A program made the position numbers and the translations under genes. Shown in pieces: positions 11,901 through 21,160 of a stretch of DNA of 64,000 nt (the first letter of the stretch is position 1; each line of letters begins with the position of its first letter). Where the stretch lies: positions 1,792,001 through 1,856,000 of the forward strand of contig OY762825.2 in NCBI GenBank assembly GCA_963666425.2. Direction: 5' to 3'. A model generated the notes under the pieces. That model searched no databases, had not been told where the DNA came from, and saw only the letters and a list, made by a program, of their open reading frames with translations. The stretch is from Bacillota bacterium. Lineage in GTDB: Bacteria > Bacillota > JAAYKD01.

Positions 11901-14900
11901 AGTATGGAAGCTCATTTCAAAATCTACGATACCTTGTTTGAAGGTTCGATTTATCCTTGTATTGATGTCGGCGCCAGCATGAAGTTGAATTTGCTGGACT
12001 GCATCAAGGGGAGCGGTGCTGTCTGGTTCGTTGCGGATCCCAGAATCAACAGTATTTTTGGTCATCTCTCGATCGGCGGCAAAGTATACTGCGGTATTTT
12101 TATTCCTGAAGTAGTACCTTTGCTGGGTGGTATGGAATTGCTTTCAGTCTGGGCGGAACTTTCATCTTACCGCGTCGGCGCTGGAATTAAGATTATCGGT
12201 ATCCCGCTCTCTGTTGCTTACTATTGGGCGGATAAACGGGTAGCCTTCAATGAATCCATGGAATTACTGGCAAATGACCTGAATATTCCCTTAGTAGAGT
12301 TGGAGAATTCTCTGGCGATTGAGTATGCCGAAGCGGAGTCGAATGCCAATGGGGTCATGCTCTTTGGCGGTAATATCAGAAAGACCTACTGCTCGGCTGA
12401 CGATCTCTCTTTACTGTCGATGCGGGAAATGTCTTTGTTGGGCAGCGGGTATCGTTACGAATTCCCGGTCAGCAATCAGGATTATTCCTTATTTGAACTG
12501 CAATACAATGGGGAAGTCCCGACCATCAGCGTGCAGCAGCCGGATGGCAGTGCTTATCAATTAATCGATGGTGAAAACTATATGCTGCAAACGATTGCGG
12601 CAGATGTTTCCACCAGCGGCGTGGAAGAACACTACGTTTACATCTCTGTGGTCGATCCGATGGACGGCGACTGGCAGGTCACCAGCAGTTCTGCAGTCAC
12701 TTTGACTGCGATGGATGTTTTACCTTTGCCGGAAGTGCAGGAGGTCAGCTACAACCATGTGTCCTCAAACCAGCTGCAAGTGAATTGGGATGCGCTTAAC
12801 ATTGATGATAGTTATACGGTTGATATTCATATCGCTGCAGAGAAAACAGCAGATGTCATGGATACGAGCGGTATGACCGAAGAAGAACTGTCTGCTTATT
12901 ATAAAGCGATCGCCGATAGTTACGATGTTGGTATTTGTGTGGCTCAGGATATCCCGGCAACAGATGGAGCGGCAATTGTCAATTTGGGTGAACGCTTAGC
13001 CGATGGCAATTATAAGGCGAGAGTCGTTCTGAAAAAAGACGGAGAAAATTACTCATCTGCCGTTTCCGCCACCAGTTTTGCTTATACCAATCCGAATACA
13101 CCGGATCCGATCTCTAACTTGCAGGTCACTCCAGCCGGTAATGGTCAATTTAAAGTAGCGTTTACCGGTACTGACAATGCAGAAGGCTATTATGTGATCA
13201 TCTTGGATGAAAATGGCCAGGCAATCGAAGGATACGATGGTATTTCAACAACAGAAACCACTGCTTATGTCGGAAATACATATGAAGAAGCAACCGGCTA
13301 TGATGACAAAGGAGAACCGACCGGCTTCCGGACGGTTGGTACCTTCCCGGGTTCTGATTATAAAGTAGCGGTTTATGCTTATCTGAAAAAAGATGCGATT
13401 ACTTATATGAGCGCGCCGGTCATGACCGCTCCGATCAATTTACCGGTTCCTGATCCGGCTTCGGCTGTGGTTACCGTGGGAGGGATCAGCCCGACCAATG
13501 CCAGCGGAGCAGCCGATGAAGTGACGGTAAATAACCAAACTCCACAGGTTATTTTCACACCGAACCAGAATGTCACCTTGTATTATAAAGTGGACGACGG
13601 TTCCATCAGTCCCGCCTTTGAGGTGACAGCCAATACGCCGTTTGTTTTTGATTTGGCTTTAGCAGAAGGCGGCTCCAATCTGGAATTCCTTTATCTCAAC
13701 GAGCAAGGTGATTATACCAATAGTAAAATCTGCATTTCGGTCGATACGATTAAACCGACTTTAATGTTGGATAATACGGTCATTGAAAGTGAAAACGGCA
13801 ATTATGTGATTACCGGGACAGCCGAAGCCAATTCTGTTGTTTATATCAACGGCACACAGGTAGTCACAGCGAACGGCAGTTTTCAATATAGCGGCACGAA
13901 CAATCATAAGCGCCAGGAAATTGAAGTGAAAGCGGTAGATACTGCCCTCAATGAAACGGTGATGGTCTGCGAAGTCATTCCGGCAGAACTTTCCAGATTT
14001 GTCTCCTTAAAAATCGAGGCAAATGATGCGGAAATTGTCACGGAATATAAGATTGACAAAGGCAATGAAGCACAGCTGACTGTATTTGGGGTAGCCGAAA
14101 ACGGCAGCGAATTTGAGTTGGATCCAGCGAACCTTAATTATTCTGTCATTTATGGTAATGATAAGGTCAGTGTGGATGAAAAAGGCGTTTTGAAGGCAGA
14201 ATACTATGGCGATGCAGTTGTTCTCTGTGAATATCGTGTCTCCGAAACTTATTCGTTTGAAGAAACCTTATCGATCAGCGTTCTCAGCCTGAGCGCAGCG
14301 CCAACGACAATTCGTTTTTCCAATCAGACGCTTAATGCCGGTGCAGCCGTCGGCTCAGAGATCGCCTTCTTATCCGTGCCGGAAGCTCCGATCGGAGTCA
14401 GTTATGTCTACTCCATGCCTGCCAACGACTATGTTGAACTGGTCGGCAACAAAATCAAAGTTCTGGCACCGGTTGCCGACGTTACCTCGATTCCGATTAC
14501 CGTTACGGCGCAGGGACAGTATGTGCTGAATAATGTTTATGAAAATATCTTTACGCCGATTGTCAATACAGTGACGCTCAGTGTGACGAAAAATATCGTC
14601 TCTGTGCATCCGGTGAATTCTATTTTGGTGGAAAAAGGAACGGCTTTCGAAGCATTGAATCTGCCTTCGACGGTCTTAGTCACTTTATCGGACAATTCTG
14701 TAGTACAATACCCGGTTATCTGGAACAAAGGTGCTTATAACGCGAATGTTGCCAGAGTCTACTCTTTGAGTGGTACAATTATTCAGGAAGCCAGTGTAAC
14801 AAACCCGGACGATCTGCAGGCTCTGATGCAGGTCAGCGTCAATCAGTTAAGCCTGACAGAACCGGAATTTGGCTTATATACCTACGGTTACACAGAACCG

Positions 14901-16061
14901 GTAGCATCCAAAGAGCTTGCCGCCACCAATCAAGGCGCCACTGATCTGACCATCTCCAATATCGCGGTCACGAATGCTGCCGGTCAGCCCAGCGATGAAT
15001 TTGAGCTCACTGTCAAGACAACAACAGTCGCAGCCGGAACTACCGTCAATTTTGCGGTTCTGCAACCGGTGCTTGGTTTGCCTGCAGGTGATCATACTGC
15101 CAAGGTAAAGGTTACCTACGGCAATGGTTTTGTTACCGAAGAGGAGATCAGTATCACCGTGCTGCCCGCTAAGATTGCGATGATCGCAACGAGCAAAGCC
15201 GTTCGTTTTGACAGCAATACTCACAGCATCAAGGTAGTTGCCAAAGATGTCTCCAATGGAGTGGAGCTGGCTGCTGAAAATTTCAGTGTCATTTATACCA
15301 AGAATGAAATCAGCAGTGTGGCGGCTCCGATTGATGTCGGTATCTATACGGTTGCAGCGGAAGTAACAAATCCTAATTACACGCTATTGAGCGGTCTGCA
15401 GAGTGTCGTGCTTGTGATTCGTGAGGAACGCTATGAAGGCGAACAGGATCCTGATGGAAGCGATCCCGTCGATCCCGATCCGGAAGAAGAGCTTCCAATT
15501 AGCATTGACGAGATTTTCCAGGATATCGCCAAACATTGGGCGAAAGCCAGCATCGCCTTTGTCTATGAAAACAAATTGTTTTTCGGCTTATCGAATGGGA
15601 ATTTTGGTCCGGAAATGTCCATGACGCGAGGAATGGTTGTCGCTGTCCTGGCACGGATGACCAAAGATGATTTAAGTCAATCTCCACAAGGTCAATTCAT
15701 GGATGTGTCCGGTCAGGAATGGTACGCGGAAAGTGTAGCCTGGGCTGCCGCCCATCAAATCACCAGCGGCATGACCGAAACCGAATTTGCTGCCGATCAG
15801 CCTGTGACGCGTCAGCAATTGGTTGTGATGCTGAAGAATCTAGCGGACTATCTGGGCTTGGCTCAGAAATCAAATACGACCTTGGCTGCTTATCCGGATG
15901 GCAAAGATGTTTCGGCTTGGGCTGAAGCAGCGATGCAGTGGGCAGTGGAAAATGAGATCATCAGTGGCAGAGAAGATCATACACTGGATCCGTTGGGAAC
16001 GGCTACCAGAGCGGAAGTCGCAGAAATTGTGATGAGATTCATGCAAAATATCTTGAAATAG
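8982..16061 (+). CDS. Giant SLH-anchored surface protein (2359 aa)
   Basis: GGAGG RBS; signal peptide; N-terminal domain with TSFTTFRING and RILLDTQLGSND; FN3/Ig-like modules; D/P-rich linker; three C-terminal SLH repeats (HWAK...MTRGM, WYAESV...VTRQQ, SAWA...ATRAE). Confidence 0.85.
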   Translation: MNRLKKTVCLVLLSVMMLNALAPIVLAAEEALQPYKVQNGIVEYQVNKNDGRFTIATADGIPGKESDNDKNLLFFDELPETSFTTFRINGKDYIFGNNYGAEGGITSATKVDGYIAKTIWRINDVEITQKLTLITDSANPNVGNTKITYEVANGSNAAVSLGSRILLDTQLGSNDAAPMLIGSTYITNETEYSGENVPISWKSADQKFAPDIISYGLLSGWQNIEPDRLVIAHWESLSQTAWDFTTNPLINFTTVKNSYGSADSATAIYFDPTALATGETRVYETFYGIGSVSDTYSDPNFNIQLTSPQKLTVNSTGTAYNETSILITVSLDNTGIASTELTNIILKLGLSDQLTIAAGDAQIKTLTRLAQGETIDVTFTVIPTIQQTLAVAEYGVTVIYGVDQNVAEASKYLILPSVKGVPPRMQMTEIAPATLYTGSNKKSVVIKGSDFASLKADYEWSMYISNDRTGFSQEISRSNIYIEDATMTIQLDPALRFDAGTYTIKLFSANFGDLSRSLTFTDDQYYDRMEYGLLLIGAFGSSTSDNPVYTVKVLQKEEDIAALTATEQSEILLTVRGEISTYDLSGVTVYECQSGTIINNAIMYTAPIAKPESTMLICRYENGVEGWSGANSFFDNFEWFGKENDSLLISGEGALAIADYQFHYGNFYITLEDGTTYGLNEPAAPDYNHDVNENVGETPREDEPAAVKIITPANVIANEAFKPLGALTGVKINVKDAVIGKNTVSLGGSFSIALPWLPSEDDGSSGSTNTQKNVNAINDYHDTDSLIALNMEEMRYGINASDNTADLVGVKADGSINLTDDSLPMLSAGGASAGFKIDSIDYPGWYVQVSAGVKVGDAFECSAMVALVFETGGSCIPDDIELVVGGAVIKIPLGVTPLSVGYLTKIGGGVYHLYDTIKGNFNAIPPVTLKVITGYADPTTVALELDTVALEVGLTGISLTAEDGKIVKIPVLESMEAHFKIYDTLFEGSIYPCIDVGASMKLNLLDCIKGSGAVWFVADPRINSIFGHLSIGGKVYCGIFIPEVVPLLGGMELLSVWAELSSYRVGAGIKIIGIPLSVAYYWADKRVAFNESMELLANDLNIPLVELENSLAIEYAEAESNANGVMLFGGNIRKTYCSADDLSLLSMREMSLLGSGYRYEFPVSNQDYSLFELQYNGEVPTISVQQPDGSAYQLIDGENYMLQTIAADVSTSGVEEHYVYISVVDPMDGDWQVTSSSAVTLTAMDVLPLPEVQEVSYNHVSSNQLQVNWDALNIDDSYTVDIHIAAEKTADVMDTSGMTEEELSAYYKAIADSYDVGICVAQDIPATDGAAIVNLGERLADGNYKARVVLKKDGENYSSAVSATSFAYTNPNTPDPISNLQVTPAGNGQFKVAFTGTDNAEGYYVIILDENGQAIEGYDGISTTETTAYVGNTYEEATGYDDKGEPTGFRTVGTFPGSDYKVAVYAYLKKDAITYMSAPVMTAPINLPVPDPASAVVTVGGISPTNASGAADEVTVNNQTPQVIFTPNQNVTLYYKVDDGSISPAFEVTANTPFVFDLALAEGGSNLEFLYLNEQGDYTNSKICISVDTIKPTLMLDNTVIESENGNYVITGTAEANSVVYINGTQVVTANGSFQYSGTNNHKRQEIEVKAVDTALNETVMVCEVIPAELSRFVSLKIEANDAEIVTEYKIDKGNEAQLTVFGVAENGSEFELDPANLNYSVIYGNDKVSVDEKGVLKAEYYGDAVVLCEYRVSETYSFEETLSISVLSLSAAPTTIRFSNQTLNAGAAVGSEIAFLSVPEAPIGVSYVYSMPANDYVELVGNKIKVLAPVADVTSIPITVTAQGQYVLNNVYENIFTPIVNTVTLSVTKNIVSVHPVNSILVEKGTAFEALNLPSTVLVTLSDNSVVQYPVIWNKGAYNANVARVYSLSGTIIQEASVTNPDDLQALMQVSVNQLSLTEPEFGLYTYGYTEPVASKELAATNQGATDLTISNIAVTNAAGQPSDEFELTVKTTTVAAGTTVNFAVLQPVLGLPAGDHTAKVKVTYGNGFVTEEEISITVLPAKIAMIATSKAVRFDSNTHSIKVVAKDVSNGVELAAENFSVIYTKNEISSVAAPIDVGIYTVAAEVTNPNYTLLSGLQSVVLVIREERYEGEQDPDGSDPVDPDPEEELPISIDEIFQDIAKHWAKASIAFVYENKLFFGLSNGNFGPEMSMTRGMVVAVLARMTKDDLSQSPQGQFMDVSGQEWYAESVAWAAAHQITSGMTETEFAADQPVTRQQLVVMLKNLADYLGLAQKSNTTLAAYPDGKDVSAWAEAAMQWAVENEIISGREDHTLDPLGTATRAEVAEIVMRFMQNILK

Positions 16062-16071
16062 CAGAATAAAG

Positions 16072-16107
16072 GACGAGGCCCGGGCGAAAAATCGCCCGGG
16101 CTTCGTT
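16072..16107. terminator. Bidirectional terminator between convergent SLH genes
   Basis: GACGAGGCCCGGGCGA-aaaa-TCGCCCGGGCTTCGTT. Confidence 0.8.
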
Positions 16108-16123
16108 TGCTTTAATAATTTTT

Positions 16124-17422
16124 TTATAATTCACCCAGATAAGCAAGCAATCGGTAAAGAACAACAGCGGCTTCCTGTCTCGTGCTGCTGCGCAGCGGAG
16201 CAAACTCGAAGTTTACTCCCTGCATGATACCGGCATTGGAAACAAAATCGACTGCTTCCAGCGCGTAATCCGAAATAGTAGCCTGATCATGGAACCGGAC
16301 GGCAGTATGATTCGTTTTTGGTGTGCCTTTCTTATACTGGAAGAGTTGGTAGGCGAGGATGGCCATTTGTTCTCTGCTGATTGCCGAATTGGGAGAAAAT
16401 TGCTGATTACCGTTGCCGCTGACTAAACCCAATTCAAAAGCGCTTTGGACTGCTGTGGCATACCAGGCATCTGCAGGCACATCATGAAAAGCCATCGTGC
16501 TGTGGGATTCTTCACGGTAAAGCGTGCGGGTCAGCAGCACGGTAAATTCCGCCCGCGTGATCGTTGCTTCCGGCTGGAAATTCTGTTCAGTGACACCCAT
16601 GATCAAACCGCGGGACGCAAGCACATCAATTTCGTCTTTTGCCCACTCGCTGGTCACATCACTGAAGCCGATATTTTGTTCGAAAGCGGCGAATTTGCTG
16701 AAATGCAGGGTCGGAACGGAAATTTGTCCGCTGATGGCGTTATATTTTCCGCCGATCAGCTGCCACTGTCGGCTGCTTTCCTCAAAATAGCAAATACTGA
16801 CTTTCCTGCTGTCAGTGATTTTGCTTCGGTCGAGCGGCAGGCTGATCGTTAATTCGTGCGTAAAATCCGCGGCGGGTGAACCGGCTAATGTGATAGAAAA
16901 ATTGTAACTGCCGGGAGACACCAAGTTTTCTTTGCTCAAGAATTCTTCGCTACGGATTTCAATCGATAATACCTGCGCTCCTGCCGATAGAAGATCGGCG
17001 AACCAGAGCTGCGGCAGGAAGAGATCTCCTTTACCGGTGATGATCTGCAAAGCCAATTGTTCCGCGAGCAACTGTTCGACCACAGCTTTGGATAATTGCA
17101 GGCTGATGCTGGCCTCTTCTCTGACTTCATTGGTTAGATCGAGGGTTGCAGTCAGGCCATCCGAACTGATCTGCGCCGGCTGCAGGTTTTCAAACAAAAA
17201 TACAACACTTTGACTGCCGTCTGCGAAGGTCTGGCGCTGAATCGAATAGTCGGGGATCTTTGTCTCTGCTTCAAAGCTGAATTTCTCTGGCACCGCTACT
17301 GCCGAATGCTCTGCTGCGGCAACTGCGGCTGCAGCGCGAGGCTGAAAATAGGGAAGCTGCAGATTCGAGGTTACGATCAACAAGGCCAGAATCAAACTGA
17401 CACTGCGCTTACATCGCTTCAT
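16124..17422 (-). CDS. SLH-domain protein (about 432 aa) with a beta-rich domain ending in TLHFSKF
   Basis: Start moved to MKRCKR so the signal peptide is N-terminal; three SLH repeats (EWAK...ITRAEF, WYATAV...ISREQM, SDYA...STRQEAA). Confidence 0.82.
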   Translation of the reverse strand: MKRCKRSVSLILALLIVTSNLQLPYFQPRAAAAVAAAEHSAVAVPEKFSFEAETKIPDYSIQRQTFADGSQSVVFLFENLQPAQISSDGLTATLDLTNEVREEASISLQLSKAVVEQLLAEQLALQIITGKGDLFLPQLWFADLLSAGAQVLSIEIRSEEFLSKENLVSPGSYNFSITLAGSPAADFTHELTISLPLDRSKITDSRKVSICYFEESSRQWQLIGGKYNAISGQISVPTLHFSKFAAFEQNIGFSDVTSEWAKDEIDVLASRGLIMGVTEQNFQPEATITRAEFTVLLTRTLYREESHSTMAFHDVPADAWYATAVQSAFELGLVSGNGNQQFSPNSAISREQMAILAYQLFQYKKGTPKTNHTAVRFHDQATISDYALEAVDFVSNAGIMQGVNFEFAPLRSSTRQEAAVVLYRLLAYLGEL

Positions 17423-17552
17423 CTCATCACTCTTTCTGCCAATCGTATTGCGTTTTCGTACATATTCGCAAGGAAACCGATCAGTATATTTGTATATTGA
17501 CATAGAAACTCCAATTTTACCACAGTAAAATCAGAGTTTCAGTAGTCAAAGC

Positions 17553-18191
17553 TTAATTCAAGAGAATTTCTTGCAAAACAGAGGATAATTGCTCCGGGTT
17601 TTCCAGCATGGGTAAATGGCAGGAGTTTTGGATAAAGCGAAAATTGATTTTTTGCCTGATTTCCTCAGGCAGGTTCAGATCTTCCAGACGATTGGGGTAA
17701 TTTGCTTGCCCCCGATCGCCATAAATACCATAGATCGGCTGCCTTGTTTGACGGATCAGTTCCGTATAATCAAAGTCTTCCTGCAAAGATCTTTTCAAAT
17801 GATCGTTATAGAACGGCGCTTCTGTTTGGAACATGGCAGTGACGCTGGCGCCATACCGCTGCATGGCTGCCGGCAGCATTAAGTTACGATAAAACGCTTC
17901 GGCCGGTTTCAAATTTGATTCGATAAAGATGATTTTTTGGCAGGAAAAAACGGCCTTGGCTGTAAGTTCCAAGGCAATGAGGCCACCCATACTATGACCG
18001 ATCAGAAAATCATAAGCTTGATCACGATAATTGTTGGATACCCACTCAGCGAGATCGCTCACCCGATTCGCTTGCTTCAGCAGCGCATGCGGATACGCAG
18101 CCAGGGTCAGATTCAACTGAGATAAGGATCCCAGCAGCGGCTGCCAAAGATCCGTCGTACAATAAGCGCCATAGAGCAGCAGAGCTTTCAT
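17553..18191 (-). CDS. Alpha/beta-fold hydrolase
   Basis: GHSMGG nucleophile elbow, IYGDRG, C-terminal SCHLPMLENP; GGAGG RBS. Confidence 0.85.
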   Translation of the reverse strand: MKALLLYGAYCTTDLWQPLLGSLSQLNLTLAAYPHALLKQANRVSDLAEWVSNNYRDQAYDFLIGHSMGGLIALELTAKAVFSCQKIIFIESNLKPAEAFYRNLMLPAAMQRYGASVTAMFQTEAPFYNDHLKRSLQEDFDYTELIRQTRQPIYGIYGDRGQANYPNRLEDLNLPEEIRQKINFRFIQNSCHLPMLENPEQLSSVLQEILLN

Positions 18192-18466
18192 TTTGTCCTC
18201 CCATTGCCTATCTTTTTTTGTATTCTATCGAATGCAAATATGTCATGTCCTAATCGGTCCGATCGAATACCGGTGATGATTCGATTTAATACACCGTAGA
18301 TCGCTTTTGCTGAACATCGTTCCTGCCAATAGAATTCGCTTTCAAGCTCATTGAATCCTGGCGTGGGCAGACAATTTTTTTTGATCTTGCGATGATCGCT
18401 TTGCTTTCTCTATTTTCGTGCTATAATAAAGTATCATTCAAATAGTCTGGGAGGTGGAATCGATTC

Positions 18467-20113
18467 ATGAATGTCCAATTTTTAGGTGCGGCAATGTCTG
18501 TTACAGGATCTTGTTATTTGGTTACTATCGATCAATACAAATTTCTCTTGGACTGCGGTCAATTCCAAGGCAGCGAGAGCTTGGAGAAATTGAATTTTGA
18601 ACCATTTAGCTTTCAACCGGCTGAGATCGATTTCATGATTTTAAGCCATGCCCATATCGATCACAGCGGCAGAATCCCTCTGCTGACCAAGCGCGGATTC
18701 CGTGGCAAAATTTACTGCACGGAAGCGACCGCCGATTTAGCCGATATTATGCTGCGAGACAGCGGTGGGATTCACGAACAGGAAGCGGAATGGGCTAATA
18801 AAAAAGCGCTGCGCACCGGAGAAGCGCTGGTGCAGCCGCTTTTCACGGTCAATGATGCCGTGGCTTCACTGAAGTATTTCCAGCCGCAGCCTTACGATCA
18901 GACGATAGAGGTCAACGCGGAGATCAGTTTCCGGCTGCGTGATGCGGGTCATATTTTGGGTTCGACGATCGTCGAATTGTGGCTCAGAGAAGGCGGCAAG
19001 AGTACGAAATTAGTTTTTTCCGGTGATCTTGGCCAGAAGAATAAACCGATTTTAAAAGATCCTGCTATTATTGAGGAAGCAGATTATCTCATCCTGGAAA
19101 CAACCTATGGTGACCGAGTGCATGAGCCAATGAAAAACAGTTTGGAACAATTCAAACAAATTATCCTCAAGACCATCCGGCGAGGCGGCACGGTGGTCAT
19201 ACCATCTTTTGCGGTGGGGAGAACTCAGGAATTGATTTATGAACTGAATCTGTTTTATGAACAGGATGCCGAATTCAAACGGATTATGGAAAACATCATG
19301 GTCTATGTCGATAGTCCCATGGCAACCAGCGCGACAGAAATCTTCCGTAGAAATGCGGATGTCTTTGACGAAGAAACAAAAGCGATGATCCGCCAAGGGG
19401 ATCAACCGCTGGATTTTAAAAATTTAAAATTTACGAAATCCAGTGAAGAATCAAAAAAACTGAATGATATCGTAGAGCCAAAGATTATAATTTCCAGCAG
19501 CGGCATGTGCAACGCCGGTAGGATCAAACATCATCTGAAACATAATTTATGGAATCCGAAAACCAGTGTGATTTTTGTCGGCTACCAAGCCCCGGGGACG
19601 CTGGGCAGATCCATCGTCAGCGGAGCCAAGGATGTGCATATTTTTGGTGAAAAGATCCATGTCGGTGCGGAAATCAATAGTTTTGATAATTTTTCCGGGC
19701 ATATCGACAGAGAAGGTCTGCTGCAATGGCTGCAAGGATTTAAGAAACTGCCCCACAAGACGTTTTTAGTGCATGGCGAAGCGGGAGCCAAACAAGCATT
19801 CGCCGACTGGATCAAACAGAAACTGGGCTATGAGTGCACAGTGGTTACGCGGGTTTCGGAATACGATCTGAGTGCAGACACCGAAGTGGAACTGGCGCAG
19901 CCTGAACGGGCAGTCTCCCGGCGCGGGCAGATGTTAGATGTCAGCGCAAAATTGAGCGGCGTCCGTCAGGGTTTGGATACTACCTTAAAGCAGCTGCAAC
20001 TCGGCAGCAAGCAAGAAATTACAATCGATCGGCTGGATGAAGTAACGAAAGCGCTGATTGATCTGCAGGATGCAACGGCCAGACTGCAAAAATTGATCGA
20101 AAAGAAAGCCTGA
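18467..20113 (+). CDS. MBL-fold beta-CASP ribonuclease family protein
   Basis: VTGSC, LDCG, SHAHIDHSG, AGHILGS, FSGDLG, ETTYG, FAVGRTQE, FSGHID, VHGE; C-terminal coiled-coil tail. Confidence 0.9.
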   Translation: MNVQFLGAAMSVTGSCYLVTIDQYKFLLDCGQFQGSESLEKLNFEPFSFQPAEIDFMILSHAHIDHSGRIPLLTKRGFRGKIYCTEATADLADIMLRDSGGIHEQEAEWANKKALRTGEALVQPLFTVNDAVASLKYFQPQPYDQTIEVNAEISFRLRDAGHILGSTIVELWLREGGKSTKLVFSGDLGQKNKPILKDPAIIEEADYLILETTYGDRVHEPMKNSLEQFKQIILKTIRRGGTVVIPSFAVGRTQELIYELNLFYEQDAEFKRIMENIMVYVDSPMATSATEIFRRNADVFDEETKAMIRQGDQPLDFKNLKFTKSSEESKKLNDIVEPKIIISSSGMCNAGRIKHHLKHNLWNPKTSVIFVGYQAPGTLGRSIVSGAKDVHIFGEKIHVGAEINSFDNFSGHIDREGLLQWLQGFKKLPHKTFLVHGEAGAKQAFADWIKQKLGYECTVVTRVSEYDLSADTEVELAQPERAVSRRGQMLDVSAKLSGVRQGLDTTLKQLQLGSKQEITIDRLDEVTKALIDLQDATARLQKLIEKKA

Positions 20114-20198
20114 TTTTTCTGTCGTGCCGGCAGCCGGTTTTTAAAACCGGTTGCTGCGTGTGCTTTTTTTGACAAGCTGCATTCGTGCTCGATGCAGC

Positions 20199-20254
20199 TT
20201 GTCTTTTTTTCAACTCTGTAGTATAATAAACGCAAATGAGATGCGTTTGCATTT
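20199..20254 (+). promoter_or_regulatory. Sigma-A promoter with Zur/Fur-type operator
   Basis: TTGTCT(20199)-17 bp-TATAAT(20222) followed directly by inverted repeat AAACGCA-aatgaga-TGCGTTT (20228-20248) and an overlapping copy shifted 6 bp; operon ends in a Fur-family gene. Confidence 0.72.
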
Positions 20255-20281
20255 ATGATTGATCTACAGGAGAGAAGCAAA

Positions 20282-21160
20282 ATGGAAAAGTGGTTAAAAA
20301 GTAAAGCAGTGCGGAGTGCGCTGTTTGTCATGCTCCTTCTGGCGCTGGCTGGATGTAATACCTTGCCAAAAACAAAAGAAGTTGTTGACGGTAAACTAAA
20401 AGTCGCTGTCAGTATTGTGCCGGAACAAACGTTTGTGCAGGCGGTTTGCGGCGATTTTGTGGACATTATTACGATGATCCCACCCGGCAGCAGTCCGGAA
20501 ACATACGAACCCACCCCACAGCAAATGCAGGAATTCAGTCAAGCCAGTCTTTATTTTTCGATTGGCGTACCGACCGAAGCAGCGAGCATTTTACCGAATG
20601 TGGGTAAGATCAAAGTGGTTGATTTGGCGGCGGCAGCCGCCGCAGTTTATCCCGATCGGACGTTTGCAACCGGTGAACGGGACCCGCATATCTGGCTGTC
20701 ACCCCGAAGGGTTGTGGTCATGATTGAAACAATTGCGCGGGAAGTCAGCGAGCTCGATCCGGCGCATCAAGCCATTTATCAAAGCAATGCGCAAAGCTAT
20801 ATCAAGGAATTGCAGGCATTGGATCAGAAAATCAGCGCTGCGGTGGAAGCGTCGCAAATCAAGAAATTCATTGTCTATCATCCGGCTTTTGGCTACATTG
20901 CAGAAGATTACGGCCTCACCATGTATGCGCTGGAAGAAGAAGGCAAGGAAGCCACCGCGAAGCATCTGCAGGAAATGGTGGATCTTGCCAAGCAGGAGAA
21001 TATCAAAGTCATTTTCTATCAGGAGGAGATCGACAGTCGGCAATCCGAAGCGTTTGCTGAGGAAATTGGCGGCACTACGAGGAACCTAGCGCCATTGGCG
21101 GCTGATTACATTAAAAATCTCGTAAGTATGGCGGAAGCGATTGCGGGGGTTATCAATTGA
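20282..21160 (+). CDS. znuA: Zn/Mn ABC transporter substrate-binding lipoprotein
   Basis: Lipobox LAGC; PETYEPTP, DPHIWLSP, YHPAFGY; start chosen 8 nt after AGGAGA. Confidence 0.85.
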   Translation: MEKWLKSKAVRSALFVMLLLALAGCNTLPKTKEVVDGKLKVAVSIVPEQTFVQAVCGDFVDIITMIPPGSSPETYEPTPQQMQEFSQASLYFSIGVPTEAASILPNVGKIKVVDLAAAAAAVYPDRTFATGERDPHIWLSPRRVVVMIETIAREVSELDPAHQAIYQSNAQSYIKELQALDQKISAAVEASQIKKFIVYHPAFGYIAEDYGLTMYALEEEGKEATAKHLQEMVDLAKQENIKVIFYQEEIDSRQSEAFAEEIGGTTRNLAPLAADYIKNLVSMAEAIAGVIN

